Shown: one piece after another, positions 1 through 12,513 of the stretch
Numbering within the stretch: the first letter of the stretch is position 1
How the letters are laid out: every line of letters begins with the position of its first letter
Assembly: GCA_051530055.1 (NCBI GenBank)
Contig: CM121341.1
Location: 15,354,784-15,418,783, forward strand
DNA length: 64,000 nucleotides
Source of the DNA: Neoechinorhynchus agilis
Lineage: Eukaryota > Animalia > Acanthocephala
Direction of reading: 5' to 3'
Notes under the pieces: generated by a model
What the model was told of the DNA's origin: nothing
Seen by the model: only the letters and a program-made list of their open reading frames with translations
Databases searched by the model: none
Position numbers and translations under genes: made by a program

Positions 1-147
1 GGCTCGTAGAAACACATTCGATCTATAAAGTATGCTTTCTTTTAAGTAATAATACTTATGACTTCAATTGAATTTAAAAGAAATCGAAGACGAGAGTCCA
101 CGTTGTTATTTTCTTGCGATTCCATTGATCTTTTAAACCCCCAGCGA

Positions 148-720
148 TTAAACCTGAAGCACTAATAAATGAAGGGCAGTTGTAAGCCGAAACCGCATTC
201 TTTGCAGATGAACTCGAAATGGATATAGGTATTTTTTAAGAAGCCATCGTTCACCATGATATAAATACGCATTTCGCTTCCATTCGCTCCATTTTTTACT
301 CCTTGATACCATCCATCCGTGATCTTGTATACTAAGATGCTGGAAAATGTATTCTACGCACTGGCTCACTCCTTCGGCACACTTTTCGTTCACTTTTTGG
401 TCAAGTTCATTGAGTTTCGGGTATGAATAGGGAAATGTTATATACTTTTTGTAGACTAATTCGTGATCAGCATTGCCAAGATCCCACTTAGTTTCATGAA
501 ATAGTCTGTCTTCATCGAGAATCCGCGTACGGACACCTTCCAGCGGCCAAATATCAAGTCTCCAATCAACTTCATTGAATTTCATATGTCGAATGTATTC
601 TGAGACTATTGCGTGGTTCTTTAGCCTTTGAGATGAGGTTAAAGGATCACTGTCGAATTAAGGTTAACTTCTCTGCGAACGATACATTGAGCGCGTTGGA
701 TAAATCTAACTGGGAAATTG
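148..720 (-). CDS. Probable exon(s) of an uncharacterised protein
   Basis: 145 aa ORF of protein-like composition whose frame stays open to 657. An upstream segment (LDLSNALNVSFAEKLTLIRQ) joins it if 626-650 is a 25-nt GT-AG intron. No family recognised. Confidence 0.35.
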
Positions 721-1690
721 TAGTGAACAAAAGAAGCATCTATTTAATATAAAACAATGAGAATAAATTATGAAAAATAATCGCTTAGCTACAATTTTCA
801 GAGCAATTGCCGGAGAACAAAACAATGAATTAGAACTTTTTTAAGCTTTAATCTGACATATATAGTTGTATGGAGAATGAGAATGGTGTTTCATGTTTTG
901 CAATAGTCAATCTTTTACCTATTTGCGTGTAGAACGACTGTTTAATTTTCCGCATATCAAATGTGATCTTAGAAAGTCTGATCTTAGTTTTCCATACTCC
1001 CAAATACGATCCTAATGTTTATTTTTACTTCACGAACCGGGACAAATCAGAGGTGAAACTCGGCATACAAGTGCACATGAAGATTGATAAAAATAATCGC
1101 ATTTTTTGCCGTTGCAATTTCTTCAACTCTAATATAAAAGTCAAATTTTATTTGTCTTACAAACGTCGAAACAGCTTTATCTTTCATTGTCTCTAGTATG
1201 CATCCAACGTTTCGTTAAAGAGAAAAACTTTTATATAATGAAAGATATTTATCACACTTAAAGGTTCAGCAAAAAAGCATATTCTAATACATAAGGGGAA
1301 TATATCTTAAGAAATTATTTCACTAAATTTTCATTTTGCTTAAATACGATCTCGGCAAATATTAATTTGATATTGAACGTGTTTTATCGACTAATAATTC
1401 ATAACTTAAATATTTGGCAAAATAGTGAAATATTGAAAGAAAATATGTTAACGAGATTCTTAGAAATTAAAGATGTTCAATTCACCGATAAAGTTCCAAT
1501 TAAATAATCGCCAGAGGTTATTCTGTGTGCAAATAGAAATACAGTGAGGAATGATTATTTTGGGATTGTCGGTCTTCTATTTTAAACGTTTATTTTCGCC
1601 AAGGAAAAAAAACGAAGTCTCTAATTCAAACGAATATTTATTTTGTACGACCACATTGACCGTGAGAAGACATTGATATTTTTAGAGCAT

Positions 1691-2674
1691 TCAAACAGGT
1701 CGTCTATTGACAAGAGTGTTCTTCTCATCATCTTCGTCACTTTCAGAATAAGAAGACTCGGTATCGTCATCTTCCTGTGGGTGTTGTTGATAGGCGAAGG
1801 GCGGTGGCGGCATAAACCGCGGACTGATCAGTCGTACGAGCTGGGGTGGGTACATTGGATACTTGAACTGAGGTGAATGTATCATTGTTGGCGGAGGAGT
1901 AATTCCGCCATTTTGCTGAGTGTGGAATATATTTTCGTGCAGATCTGGAACTGGCACCGATGCTGCACGATTCGTATTCGGAGATAAAGATTGACTGTGA
2001 CGTGCTGCTTCCAACTCACAAACTCTTCGACTCAATGCACGTTCGTTTTGAGTAAGCCGATCTCTTTCTGTTGTCAATCGCTTCATTTCGATTTGTAATC
2101 TCGATATCTCAGACAAGCGATTCTCGTTCATATCTTTTAAGGCATCCAATTCACGCTTTAATGATTCGATTTCTACACGTTGGTTACCACATCGTTCACG
2201 GAGTTTATCTAGCTCTCCATTGTACTCACTAAGTGACGCCATCTGAGCATTCTTCAAAGATTGGCAATGAAGTTGAACATCTCGCTCGCGCATCTCGGTG
2301 AGAAACCGCACTTCCATTTGTGCATCGTGAAGATCTTTCTGGATCCGCTCAAGTTCCATCTTTAAAGAGATTATCTCGGCACGATCCGCGGATATCTGAC
2401 CACGAAGGCGACTAGCGCCTTTGTCGGCTTCATTTCGAATGTCCGATAACAGTTCCGAAAGCTCTAGAGATCGATTGTCCTCTCGATTTAAATGGCATTG
2501 TTTGAATAAATCTATTGCTTTGACGAAGCTAGTCAAATGCGTGTCCAAAGGGTCGATAAGGATTGAGTCAAGTCGAGTTAGGGAGAACGAAGATGCTTGT
2601 TCGAATATTTTCGATAAATCGTTAAACATTGCTTCGAGGTTGTCAAACTGCTGAGATGTGACAGAAAGTCTCAC
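1691..2674 (-). CDS. Uncharacterised coiled-coil protein with a Pro-rich and acidic C-terminus
   Basis: Uninterrupted 327 aa ORF starting at ATG; long heptad-like E/K/L/R region, then PPPP and EDDDTESSYSESDEDDE tracts. Confidence 0.7.
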   Translation of the reverse strand: MRLSVTSQQFDNLEAMFNDLSKIFEQASSFSLTRLDSILIDPLDTHLTSFVKAIDLFKQCHLNREDNRSLELSELLSDIRNEADKGASRLRGQISADRAEIISLKMELERIQKDLHDAQMEVRFLTEMRERDVQLHCQSLKNAQMASLSEYNGELDKLRERCGNQRVEIESLKRELDALKDMNENRLSEISRLQIEMKRLTTERDRLTQNERALSRRVCELEAARHSQSLSPNTNRAASVPVPDLHENIFHTQQNGGITPPPTMIHSPQFKYPMYPPQLVRLISPRFMPPPPFAYQQHPQEDDDTESSYSESDEDDEKNTLVNRRPV

Positions 2675-2890
2675 TCAGGAAGAGATTAAACGAAACGATT
2701 ATAATGAATAAGAAAAGCGTTTTGTTAGAATCCTAACTAATTAAAAAAACATTTTGCAGTAAATTAAAAAAAATCTCAATTTATCGCTAGATTAGAACGT
2801 TTTTTACGATCTGAATTTCATAGATAAAATCGATTATTTCTCATAAAACCTTCTTTAAACGAAATTTTGAAATTGATAGCTTCCCAATTT

Positions 2891-3607
2891 TCACCTTCTG
2901 GATGGATTTTTTTGATAGAATTCCACTAATTGGGAGAGAGACTCACTGTTGCTTATGGCAACAAGTGAGCTTTCACATTGATCCTTAGTTCGTTCAAGAT
3001 CCTTCATTTTGTCTTTGGTAAGTACCAAACTATTTGAATGCTTGTATAGATTATCATCGAGCTGCGTCTGTTTCATTTCAGACTGCAATCGTACTTCGGC
3101 GAGCTCCTGCTCCAACGAAGAAATCGTTTTTTTCATCTCTTCAACTTTCAAGTCCTTCTGCTCAGATTTCTTTACAGCATCAGATAAATCATGTTCTAAA
3201 GTCCTCAGTCGCCCAACATACATCTTCTCACTGAGTTTAGCATTGTCTAATTCTTCATTAAGATGACGAAGTCTATCAGCCTGCTCGGTTTCTAGATGAG
3301 CGTTCGCTCGTAACTTTCGTTCCAAAGAACAGCATCTCGATTCTGATTTAGTAAGCTGCTGGATCGTTTGTGCAAAACTGGACTCGATCTGATCGCATTT
3401 CGCTCTCATCTTACGACTCGATGAAAACGATCCAATGAGTAGGAAGACGCTGAATACGAAGAAAACCAGAGAGCTAATCCATACAGGACTGTAAGGTTCT
3501 TCGATTAAACCTAAAGCGCTATCAATCGGTGGTAGAGAGCATAATACACCCAAAAGTAAGCTTAGCGAAATGAAGGAGTGTCCAATGAACCGGAAACCGC
3601 AGAGCAT
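2891..3607 (-). CDS. Uncharacterised protein with two N-terminal hydrophobic segments and a coiled coil
   Basis: 238 aa ORF; hydrophobic stretches SFISLSLLLGVLCSL and WISSLVFFVFSVFLLIG, then a coiled coil. Confidence 0.65.
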   Translation of the reverse strand: MLCGFRFIGHSFISLSLLLGVLCSLPPIDSALGLIEEPYSPVWISSLVFFVFSVFLLIGSFSSSRKMRAKCDQIESSFAQTIQQLTKSESRCCSLERKLRANAHLETEQADRLRHLNEELDNAKLSEKMYVGRLRTLEHDLSDAVKKSEQKDLKVEEMKKTISSLEQELAEVRLQSEMKQTQLDDNLYKHSNSLVLTKDKMKDLERTKDQCESSLVAISNSESLSQLVEFYQKNPSRR

Positions 3608-4259
3608 TCTAAGAATAAATTGAATAATCTAAAATTCAGTGAATAAAAACATTCAACAATGAGTAAGAGGAAACACCAAACCTCAAAGCAAATCAAGTCA
3701 TTGATCGACTATTGATCGAATACGACAATTATTGTAACGCTTTTTCTTTCGTTTCAATAGCGTAATGTTCAATTTTATGACGTTTTTGCCAGCACGTATT
3801 GATTTAATCGATAATGCTCAAATTTAAACGAATCTGCTCTAAATGTCTACATAAAACTACAATTAACTTTGAGAACGCAGACGATATGTGCCACCTATCC
3901 TTAGATGGGATTCAGGTTTTGGTGTCTCAATATTCCGTCCGTGCTACTTCTTCAGGTTGCTTGATCGAAAGCGTCTATTACTAAATAACAACCTAAAGAA
4001 GTCCGACTGACAAAATATCGGGATCAATAAAACAGTCTCTACTTTTATAATCACCAAGGAACACATAAATAAATCATCCATAGAAAATCCTTCGGGTTAA
4101 TGAATGTAAACTTTTGGTGAACATACACCCGGTTCCTCCGAAAACAATGACTGATGAGGCGAGGTTACCTCACGAAATATCTCAAATAAATCAAAATCAA
4201 ATAGGTTATGATCGGGAGTATGTTCACTAAAAGTTTACATAAATAAATGAATATTTTGC

Positions 4260-4486
4260 ATGCTGTTCTTTGGAACGAAAGTTACGAGCGAACGCTCATC
4301 TAGAAACCGAGCAGGCTGATAGACTTCGTCATCTTAATGAAGAATTAGACAATGCTAAACTCAGTGAGAAGATGTATGTTGGACGATTGGGGACTTTAGA
4401 ACATGATTTATCTGATGCTGTAAAGAAATCTGAGCAGAAGGACTTGAGAGTTGAAGAGATGAAAAAAACGATTTCTTCGTTGGAGC
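4260..4486 (+). pseudogene. Inverted duplicated fragment of the 2891-3607 gene
   Basis: Reverse complement of 3109-3335 with a few substitutions; encodes ERKLRANAHLETEQ...KKTISSLE. Confidence 0.9.
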
Positions 4487-4487
4487 G

Positions 4488-5510
4488 ACCCTCTTACCCA
4501 CATTATAAACCACAGCTTTTTATATGTCATCTATTTACCCATCATGCCTAAAAACTGGTAAAGTTATCCTGCTTTCAAAAAAGGCATCCTATTTCGGCCG
4601 AATAATTCCGTCCAATGTCCATTCTACCCGCATTTTCAAAAATCATCGAAAAATGTTTTAAATCTCGCCGTCTTTATCTTCGCAACGAAAAGTTATCGCT
4701 CCTACGATTTGGCTTCCGGCTCAGATTTTCTGCAACCTATGCCATACTTTGCATTTGTGACACGCTCCTACGTAACTCTGACAATAATCCGTCCCACGTT
4801 ACCCGTCTCATTCAACTTGATTTATCGAAAGCATTCGACTCCGTGGGCCATTCACTCCTTCTTCGGGCCTGCTCCGATTTCGGTCTCAACTTATGGCAGA
4901 TCCGCTGGCTCGAATCTTATCTTCACAATCGCAAACAATACATTTGCAGCCGTTCTACCTCTTCTATCAGCCTATCGCTATCCAAGGGCGTACCTCAATA
5001 TGCTGTCACCACTTCTCGTTAATATTTTTCTAAACAACCTCAAACTTCTCTCCTCTCACTCTAAACTCTTTTTATACGCCGACGATATCGCCCTCATCAC
5101 CCAATCACCACCCCACCTCTCGCTTTCTTCAACCTCTAAAGAAATCACACACATAAAAGATTTCTTGCCAAGTCATAAACTCCATCTCAATTTCTCTAAA
5201 TGCTTCGAAATGATCACCTCTCTCCCGCAACCCCACATCATCAGCTGAGCTTCTGAGTGACATCCTACGAGAAACCTCCCTAAGAATTCTGGGTATCCAA
5301 TTTTAATCAAATTTGAAATGGGACTCGCACATCACTCTCTCCCTCAAGCACAACATTTTTTAAATTTATCTCCTCAAACGCCTCCTATATTTAGGAATCC
5401 CTTCACCGGACCCCTACAAATTTTACTTCTGCTTTATCTGACCATCCCACCTACGGTTACCCGAATTTTGCAACCGAAATTTTCTGCACTTTCACACACC
5501 TGCAGTTAGC
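4488..5510 (+). mobile_element. Degenerate LINE RT fragment (family B, CR1/L2-like)
   Basis: RPMSILPAFSKIIEK, QLDLSKAFDSV, KGVPQ and LYADD motifs across frameshifted ORFs; related to 21600-23330. Confidence 0.85.
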
Positions 5511-6584
5511 AATGCAGCATTACCTCTCAACAGTTGGAAGAAATGAATATGGATGGGCTAACTATCCATTTCGAAACAGTGAAGCTACGAATCTTACAAC
5601 TGAAGAAGAGCAGCTCATTGATTTATGAAACGGTGTATTTCGTAATTTAAATTTTTCCGAAACGCCTAGACATGTTTCTTATTTCAATTTATAAGTTGTA
5701 TCCTACGATCAGTTTAAAATCCATCTAAATTATTCTTCTATTTGCATTTTCATGGTTTCGTGATCTTTTTCCAATATTGACTGTAATCGATTCTAAGAAA
5801 AGAGCGAGACTTTTAACAATTGAAAACGCGAATTCGTTTGTCGACTTTGGAGCCTCGAATATAATATCTAAAAGAGGCAAAATAATTTTTGAGTTTATTA
5901 TAAAACAACTGCGTTCTTCATGGTGGGCCACGGATTCTTTTTAGTTTTTCACCGTTCTAAAAGACGAAAACGTAAACCCCTTCAATTAATTCGTCACCTT
6001 GATAATTTTTGTAGTGTTAATATATGGATATCGCCTCATAGATATTATTAATCTTTAAACGTATATCAACGACTGACATTTTAATTTTTTGACAAAACTG
6101 ATTCGATAAATTTCTATAAAGAAAATAATCTTGATCGTGTAAATGAAATGTTGAAACTTTGAAGATGAAAATGCACCAAATTATCAAGATTTTTGACCAT
6201 CTAAATTCTAAATCTAGATAAGTTCATTCCGGAATCTCAAGGCCAGATGATGGCGCATTGCAAGAAAAGCGCGGGTAGAAATTAATAATATTATTTAATA
6301 TGAGCATTCATCAATATACGAGTCAATAAAATATTTGTCAAGTTATTTAAATCTTTGAGTGTAATTTACTCTGAAGTTTGATTAACAAAAATTTCAAATC
6401 ATATGTGCCGTTTAAATCATCACAAATTGTTAATTAAAAAATAGTAAGTATTAGTCATTCTGACACGACTTCTTGAGTTTTCTATGAACAAATGGGCACT
6501 TTGGCTCTCGCTGAAGTTACCCAACCTTCAAAATAAGTCGAGTAAATAGCTTCAACAATGTTCACGTTCAAATAACATATTTTA

Positions 6585-8947
6585 TTAATCTCTCCTGAGC
6601 GAATGCTTTCTCTCTTCGCCGACTCCGATCCACCGGATATGAATTTTTAGTTCATTTTCAACGAACTCAACGTAAGAACGAGCTTTCTTAGGTAATTCTC
6701 TATAAGATGCGCATTTCCCAATATCTTCCCCGACCCATCCTTCCAACTCTGCGTACTGAGGCTCAAGTTCGTTCAGAATATCGCAATCGTAGGGGTAACC
6801 GTCGCCGATGTTCGCGTGTTTGTATGCGGTACAAATTTTAAGTTTTTCAAAGCATGTGAGAACGTCCAGCTTTGTCATCATAAGCTCAGTGTAACCATTA
6901 ATCAAGATGCTATGTCTCATTTGCACAAGGTCAAGCCATCCGCATCTGCGATTCCGCCCGGTTGTAACACCGACCTCCCTTCCGCACTGTCGAAGTTTCT
7001 CTCCCAAACCCTAAAATTTGGTAAGAATTTAGATTAAAAAAAATTAAATTCAGTGTTCGAACAGCTACAGTCTAAAATTATCCCCATTTAAACTTGCCCC
7101 ACTGCTGAAGTTCGTAATGGCCTAAACTTCTACGTCCCCTCTTAGAGTATTGTAATTCTAACGATGCTCTTTTTCATCAATGTTCGAAAATAGCTTTCCC
7201 CGTCTAGCAAATTTGAATTTTCAGCCATTTAATTAGATATTTAATAATCTTGTTAATTAGCAATTGCTGTTATTAAATTTCACCCAAGACGAAAATTGAA
7301 ACATCGAGAGAAAATCCTTCGGGATTATAAAGTTCTAGTTTTGGTGACCATAAACCCTTCCGGATAAAACATATTTTTTTATCGAATTGATGATTGCGAA
7401 GTAGCCTTGCTTCATCAATCATCTAAAAAGGTTATAGATGTTTTGTATAGTATGAAAACAATTAAAATCTTTCTAGGTAGTAGGCGAGGCTTCCTCGCGA
7501 AATATTTCAATTCGATGAAAAATATGTCTTTTATCCGGGGATTAAGATCACCACAAGTCCAAAAATTCAAGTGTTATCCGAGATGCACAATTTGTTTGTA
7601 TAATTTGAAGCTCATTGGGGAATTTCTTAGATTTGATAGACTAAAATTTTTGAAACAATTCAGAGTCATCTCACAGATAGAGACACTACCGAATCGATCG
7701 TTTCCTAAACACCAACTTCTTTGATTTCCGTTGGAAATGGACCATCGCCTACGCGAGTTGTGTAGGCCTTCATTACTCCGATGACTCGTGTCAGAAGATG
7801 TGGAGGTATTCCAAGTCCTGTCATCGTTCCTCCAATAGTGCAGTTTGATGACGTCACATATGGGTAAGTCCCGAAATCAATGTCGAGCATTGCACCATTG
7901 GCACCTTCTAAACTCTCAGACATTCAAACTTCGGCACCCGTGTGAATGTTCCTCGATTCTATAAGGACCTTTTTGCCGCAGTCAATGCTCTTAATCAAAA
8001 ACACACTCAAATCGTACTTGCACATTGCGCGAATGCGATCGATTTGAGCCTTAAAGAAGATTGATTCCAATTATGAGCCTTTAAAACTCACGTACTTCAT
8101 AAAAGTCAGAATCACGCTGTCGCTGCATGGTCGTGTATTCGCGATTATAGTATGAGTATAGACATTCGTATCTATGAATAAGTGTTTATAATGTGTAGAC
8201 AAATCTTTCCTATAAGGTACCGACTTTGTAAGAAGATGGTTTAAATCGTATGAGACGAAATCGGTGATTCGGATTCCAACCCGGGCAGCCTTTTTGAAAA
8301 AATGAACAACTAAAAAAGGATAAGGTATCTTTTACCTTTGATGCGTAGCATGGACCAATACCCTTCCTAGTTGTTCCGATGCTAAAAAACGAGGTAAAAA
8401 TTGTATTATTATATTGACAAAAACAAACCAATCTTTTCCGCGTTTATGTTCATTCGCTGCATCCAATTCTTTATGAAGATCAGTGACTAAAATTTAATTG
8501 GATCTCGGTAAATTTAAGCAGCCAATCAAATTTCACAAAAAATCCCAGTCTAACCAATATGAGTTCGTGGAGAAATAATTAGTCTTTCTTCAATATCAGC
8601 AAGACGAGCATCTTTTCTTTTTGCATCATCTATCTCTTCAAAAAGGTCGGCTAAGTGTACAACACATCCATTTCCGATTAGAAGTTGAGCTCGAGGATTT
8701 GCAGCCCCGGCCGGAAGTAAATGAAAATGATGCGCGATGCGCTGTATACCGTCGTCCACGACAACTGTGTGGCCGGCATTATTACCACCCTAAATATTTA
8801 TTCCGGACGTATAAAGACCTTCTAAACTCTTACCTGACAGCGGCACACGATGTCATGTTCTGCGCTCAATATATCGATTAGTTTTCCTTTCCCCTCGTCT
8901 CCCCATTGAGCGCCTAGAACAACTGTAACTCCACCTCGCGTTGACAT
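6585..8947 (-). CDS. ADSS: Adenylosuccinate synthetase, 9 exons
   Basis: Motifs [65 protein letters not shown] and [14 protein letters not shown]. Seven introns reconstruct as GT-AG (e.g. 8790-8833, 7011-7716); one (7908-7958) does not. Confidence 0.95.
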
Positions 8948-9329
8948 TTTGAGCAGCCTAAACAAAGGACAATTCAGGGGTCGGATATTAATTTATACGG
9001 AAGAAGTAGCCTTTGACGGGGTTAAAGTGTTGCAAACAGGTCATTTTTCAATTTGGGGGAGTTACGCCACCTTCCACATTTATCCTCATTTGAATACCTT
9101 GACTTTTTGCGCAGTTTTTATATTCTTGGTCTTCAAATCAAACTTCGATTTTATCTGCTGTAATATTTGATTTTCGATTTTAATTTGCGCGAGAAAGGTT
9201 TTTCACCTTTTATACCGTGCAAAATACATTAATTCTGATTTGTATCACAGAATCAATGATGTATATTTCATATAGGTTTTTTTCTGGCGTAGAAATTAAA
9301 AGGATTTTAATTTTAAAATCCGATATTTC

Positions 9330-11090
9330 GGCACAATCTTGTACGCGTTTATCAAGGTCTAAAAATTACGTGGGGAATGGATCAATATTCACTGTCCTAA
9401 GATTGAGCCTAAAGTCCGCTTTATTCCCTTCAACCGTTCTCACTTGGCGGATGAATGTTGCCTCCATATCACACGGTCCCATTTTGTTTCACTGCGTGCC
9501 AAAATGGCGGCGTTGTCAATCTCCAGACGTGGCCTTGTTGTGCGAAATGGTTGAGTATTGCGGAAGTGGCATCGGTAACTCTCCTCAGAGCATATTTATG
9601 TTCTTTAATTCTTCTTTGTAAATTGTTGATCTGGCCCACATATGACTTTTCACATTCGGTGCAAGGAATTTTGTACACCACACCTTCGCTTTCATGCCCA
9701 TCTCGTTTCTTCACCATGGAACTTAGTTGCTTACCTTTCTTGGTGTAGATAACAGTCCACGTCTTTTGACGCGCATCCTTTGATCAGGCGATTAATTGTA
9801 GTGAAGAACTCGTCGACGAATGGTGCTTCTATTAAAACCTTTTGTTTTGAATTCTGGCACATAATTTTCTTTGCATAGAACGCCCCGCAACTAGCGCTCT
9901 TCTTATCAAGTCGATTGGACAGCCCTTTGCTTTTAGCATGCTCCACAGAAATTCAAGTTCCTCGCTAAGTAAGTTTTGGTTTGAGCAATAGTTATAGCCC
10001 CCGCTAAATAGCGACTTAATCCTAGCTATTTTATATTTAATTGGTGTCATTGTAATGAATGAGAGGCAATGCCAGTCGGTATACCAACCTTCCTGTATAC
10101 ACTAGTCTCAAACTCAGCTCCTTTTCGCGTTATCAACACGTCCAAAAAAGAGATCGCATTATGATTTTCCGAGTTTACTCTCCATTGGATGTTGTTGTGC
10201 TTGGAATTCAGCATGTTAGCAAACGTTTCCGGTTCTGTGGTTTCATCGACTAAGATAAACGTATCATCTACGTATCTTTGCCAGAATTTCACACCCGGTA
10301 GACCTGAAACGTTCTTGGACTCCCAATCGCCCATAAACAATTCGGCTAGGACTGGGGGAAGTGGACTCCCCATGGACAGTCCATCTACTTGATCATAGCT
10401 GTTGCCTTCGAAGCAAAAATTCGTGTTCCTCGTGCACATATGTAAGAGTTCCTTCCATTCAGATTCAGTTAAGTTCCAGCCTTCTACATTGCGGTGAAGT
10501 ATGGAAATGGCAAGCCTGATTGCTGAGTCCAATGGCACTTTTGTGAATAGGGACTTGACATCAGCAGAAATCATTCTATATTCTGCACAATTTTTTATCC
10601 ACACTAAACGTTTTGAATATAATTCTGCACAACCATACTAAAAACAGTTAGAATCTTCAAATTCTTATAAACGAGCTTCAAATGCTTATATAATAGAATT
10701 CTGGTAATAGTTTTTCAGATTTAAGACATCCCTTCCTCGGCTTTTTAGTTTTTACTACTTGGCATGAAGCCAAATCGATCTCTTACATCAGAAGGGTGAT
10801 TGAATCACTTAGACTCTGATGCATGCGGTATACGAGTTCGTACGCATCCCTCCGGATTCTCAGGCAGCTCCCAAGGAGGCGGAACTCATCAGTGAGTTTC
10901 CTCTCTTCAGCGATGTTTAGTTTCCTTTGGTTGTGCGTCATTGGCCTCCTGAAACAGCGATTGAGGGCTAAAGTCCACTTAGCCTCCTTGGCTGAAGGAA
11001 ACTCACTGATGATTTCCCCGGAGGGATATACTAGCTCTTTACCTCATGCATGAGAGTCCAAGTGATTCAATCACTTCTCTAATGTTAGAG
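9330..11090 (-). mobile_element. Penelope-like element (RT plus GIY-YIG), frameshifted
   Basis: DVKSLFT, QVDGLSMGSPL and RYVDDTF RT motifs; GVVYKIPCTECEKSYVGQ...RRIKEH GIY-YIG motif. The 5' part (10781-11089) is bounded by about 45-bp inverted arms. Confidence 0.9.
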
Positions 11091-11118
11091 ATCGGTGTGG
11101 ATCAATAGAACCGGCTTG

Positions 11119-11255
11119 CCAGTAAATAATTTTTTTTATTAAAGACGTTCTGTGAACCTCGTCGAATTCATCTTTAGCATCATTTAATAACTAGCATACT
11201 GATGATGAACCCGACGAGGTTCGCAGAACGTCTTTAATAAAAAATTATTTAACGG
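11119..11255. repeat. Inverted pair of Penelope-type termini with a degenerate hammerhead-like core
   Basis: Arms about 11119-11172 and 11200-11255 are reverse complements; the right arm reads CTGATGA-TGAACC...GGTTCG-CAGAACGTC. A related terminus lies at about 34750-34850. Confidence 0.6.
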
Positions 11256-12513
11256 GTGAAGACCTAAACAATAAGTCTAATATTGACGGTAAATAGTTAT
11301 TGTAAACAAGTTAAATAAGTGAAGTTGAATTGGGCATAATTGATCAAATTAGAGGGTAAAACTAATCGTTAACCTGATCAACAGTTACCGAGTCTCTTTA
11401 AATTTGAATCATAGTTAATTTGAAACATTCGAACACATAGAGGAATATTGCCTTCTTAGTCAAAATAGTCGCTTAGAATGATTGCAGAAATTTGGATCAG
11501 GGATAAAGCAATAAAGTTTATCTCGAGAAACTCACCAATATGCCAGTAAATATCCTAATTAGAAATAACATCAAATGGAACTTAAAGTAACATCGTAATT
11601 CTTAAAATCCGAAGTTTCGCCTATTCACATTGTCATCTTTTGTAAGAAAAAAGTGCAATTATTTAATCGCTCTTGTTTCGAAATTGAATTTTAATACAAA
11701 GCATAAGAAGAAATAATAGCCAAAATGCATTTTTAAGCCTTCTTGCTCACGTAGTCTTTCACATTCATCAAATGAAGTTGGTTGACGCTCTAACCGGTTA
11801 TGCAGTATATTCCAAATCATGTATCCATTTTCGTCTTTTGTCACTCCGTTATTTCGATACTTTTTTTGTACAACCGTTTCAAATAGACGTAGATCATTCT
11901 TTAAACATTAACAGCAATTAATCATAGGCATTAAGAAACTATTTAAATTTTTTAAAATGACGAAGAAAAATGCGACGCAGACATTATGGCTATACAATAG
12001 GTTCCGGGGTTAATTGGACAACATCAGGCGCGATCTTTTTGATCCTAATAAGTGGGTGATTTGACTGTACAATAAAATGTTCGCATTTTGTCTGACTGTG
12101 CATAATCTAAAAATTTTCCCGATGAAACAAAAAGATTTGAGGTGATTATACTCCTACTCGACTAATTTTAGGGCACACAGCCCACCCATCTGGGCCATGG
12201 AAACGCATACAATAATTTAATACCCTGAATCATAGGGCTATGACTGCGAGTATCTGAAGATCCAGAGGGATGTACAGGGTTTTAGAAAAAATTTTGCGCT
12301 TTCCTGGGAAATAAATCAGCGGGATGTCACGATAACATAAATTTGTTCAATGGATATTAAATCTCAAAACTAAAAGGAGTTCAGCGCTTACACAGAATAT
12401 GATAACATTTGTCTTTCAAAAGGACAGACGTTTTGCTATAAATTGAACAGTTAGTAGTTATGGAAACGATAGTCACAATAAGAGCGTATCTATGGTAAAT
12501 TAAGGAAGGCGAA

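Noticed and set aside
7906-7958. TGA read-through or selenocysteine explanation for the in-frame 17-codon ADSS insert
   Set aside because: It would place 17 residues inside the invariant EGA(N/Q) motif; the direct repeat and hairpin fit a removed element better.
6585-8947. Bacterial purA (or miaB/mtaB at 51094) from contamination or recent HGT
   Set aside because: ADSS has seven GT-AG introns, and the methylthiotransferase has eukaryotic CDKAL1 features including a C-terminal membrane anchor.
11659-11900. Possible exon (GYMIWNILHNRLERQ...)
   Set aside because: It is protein-like but isolated, with no family or partner exons identified.
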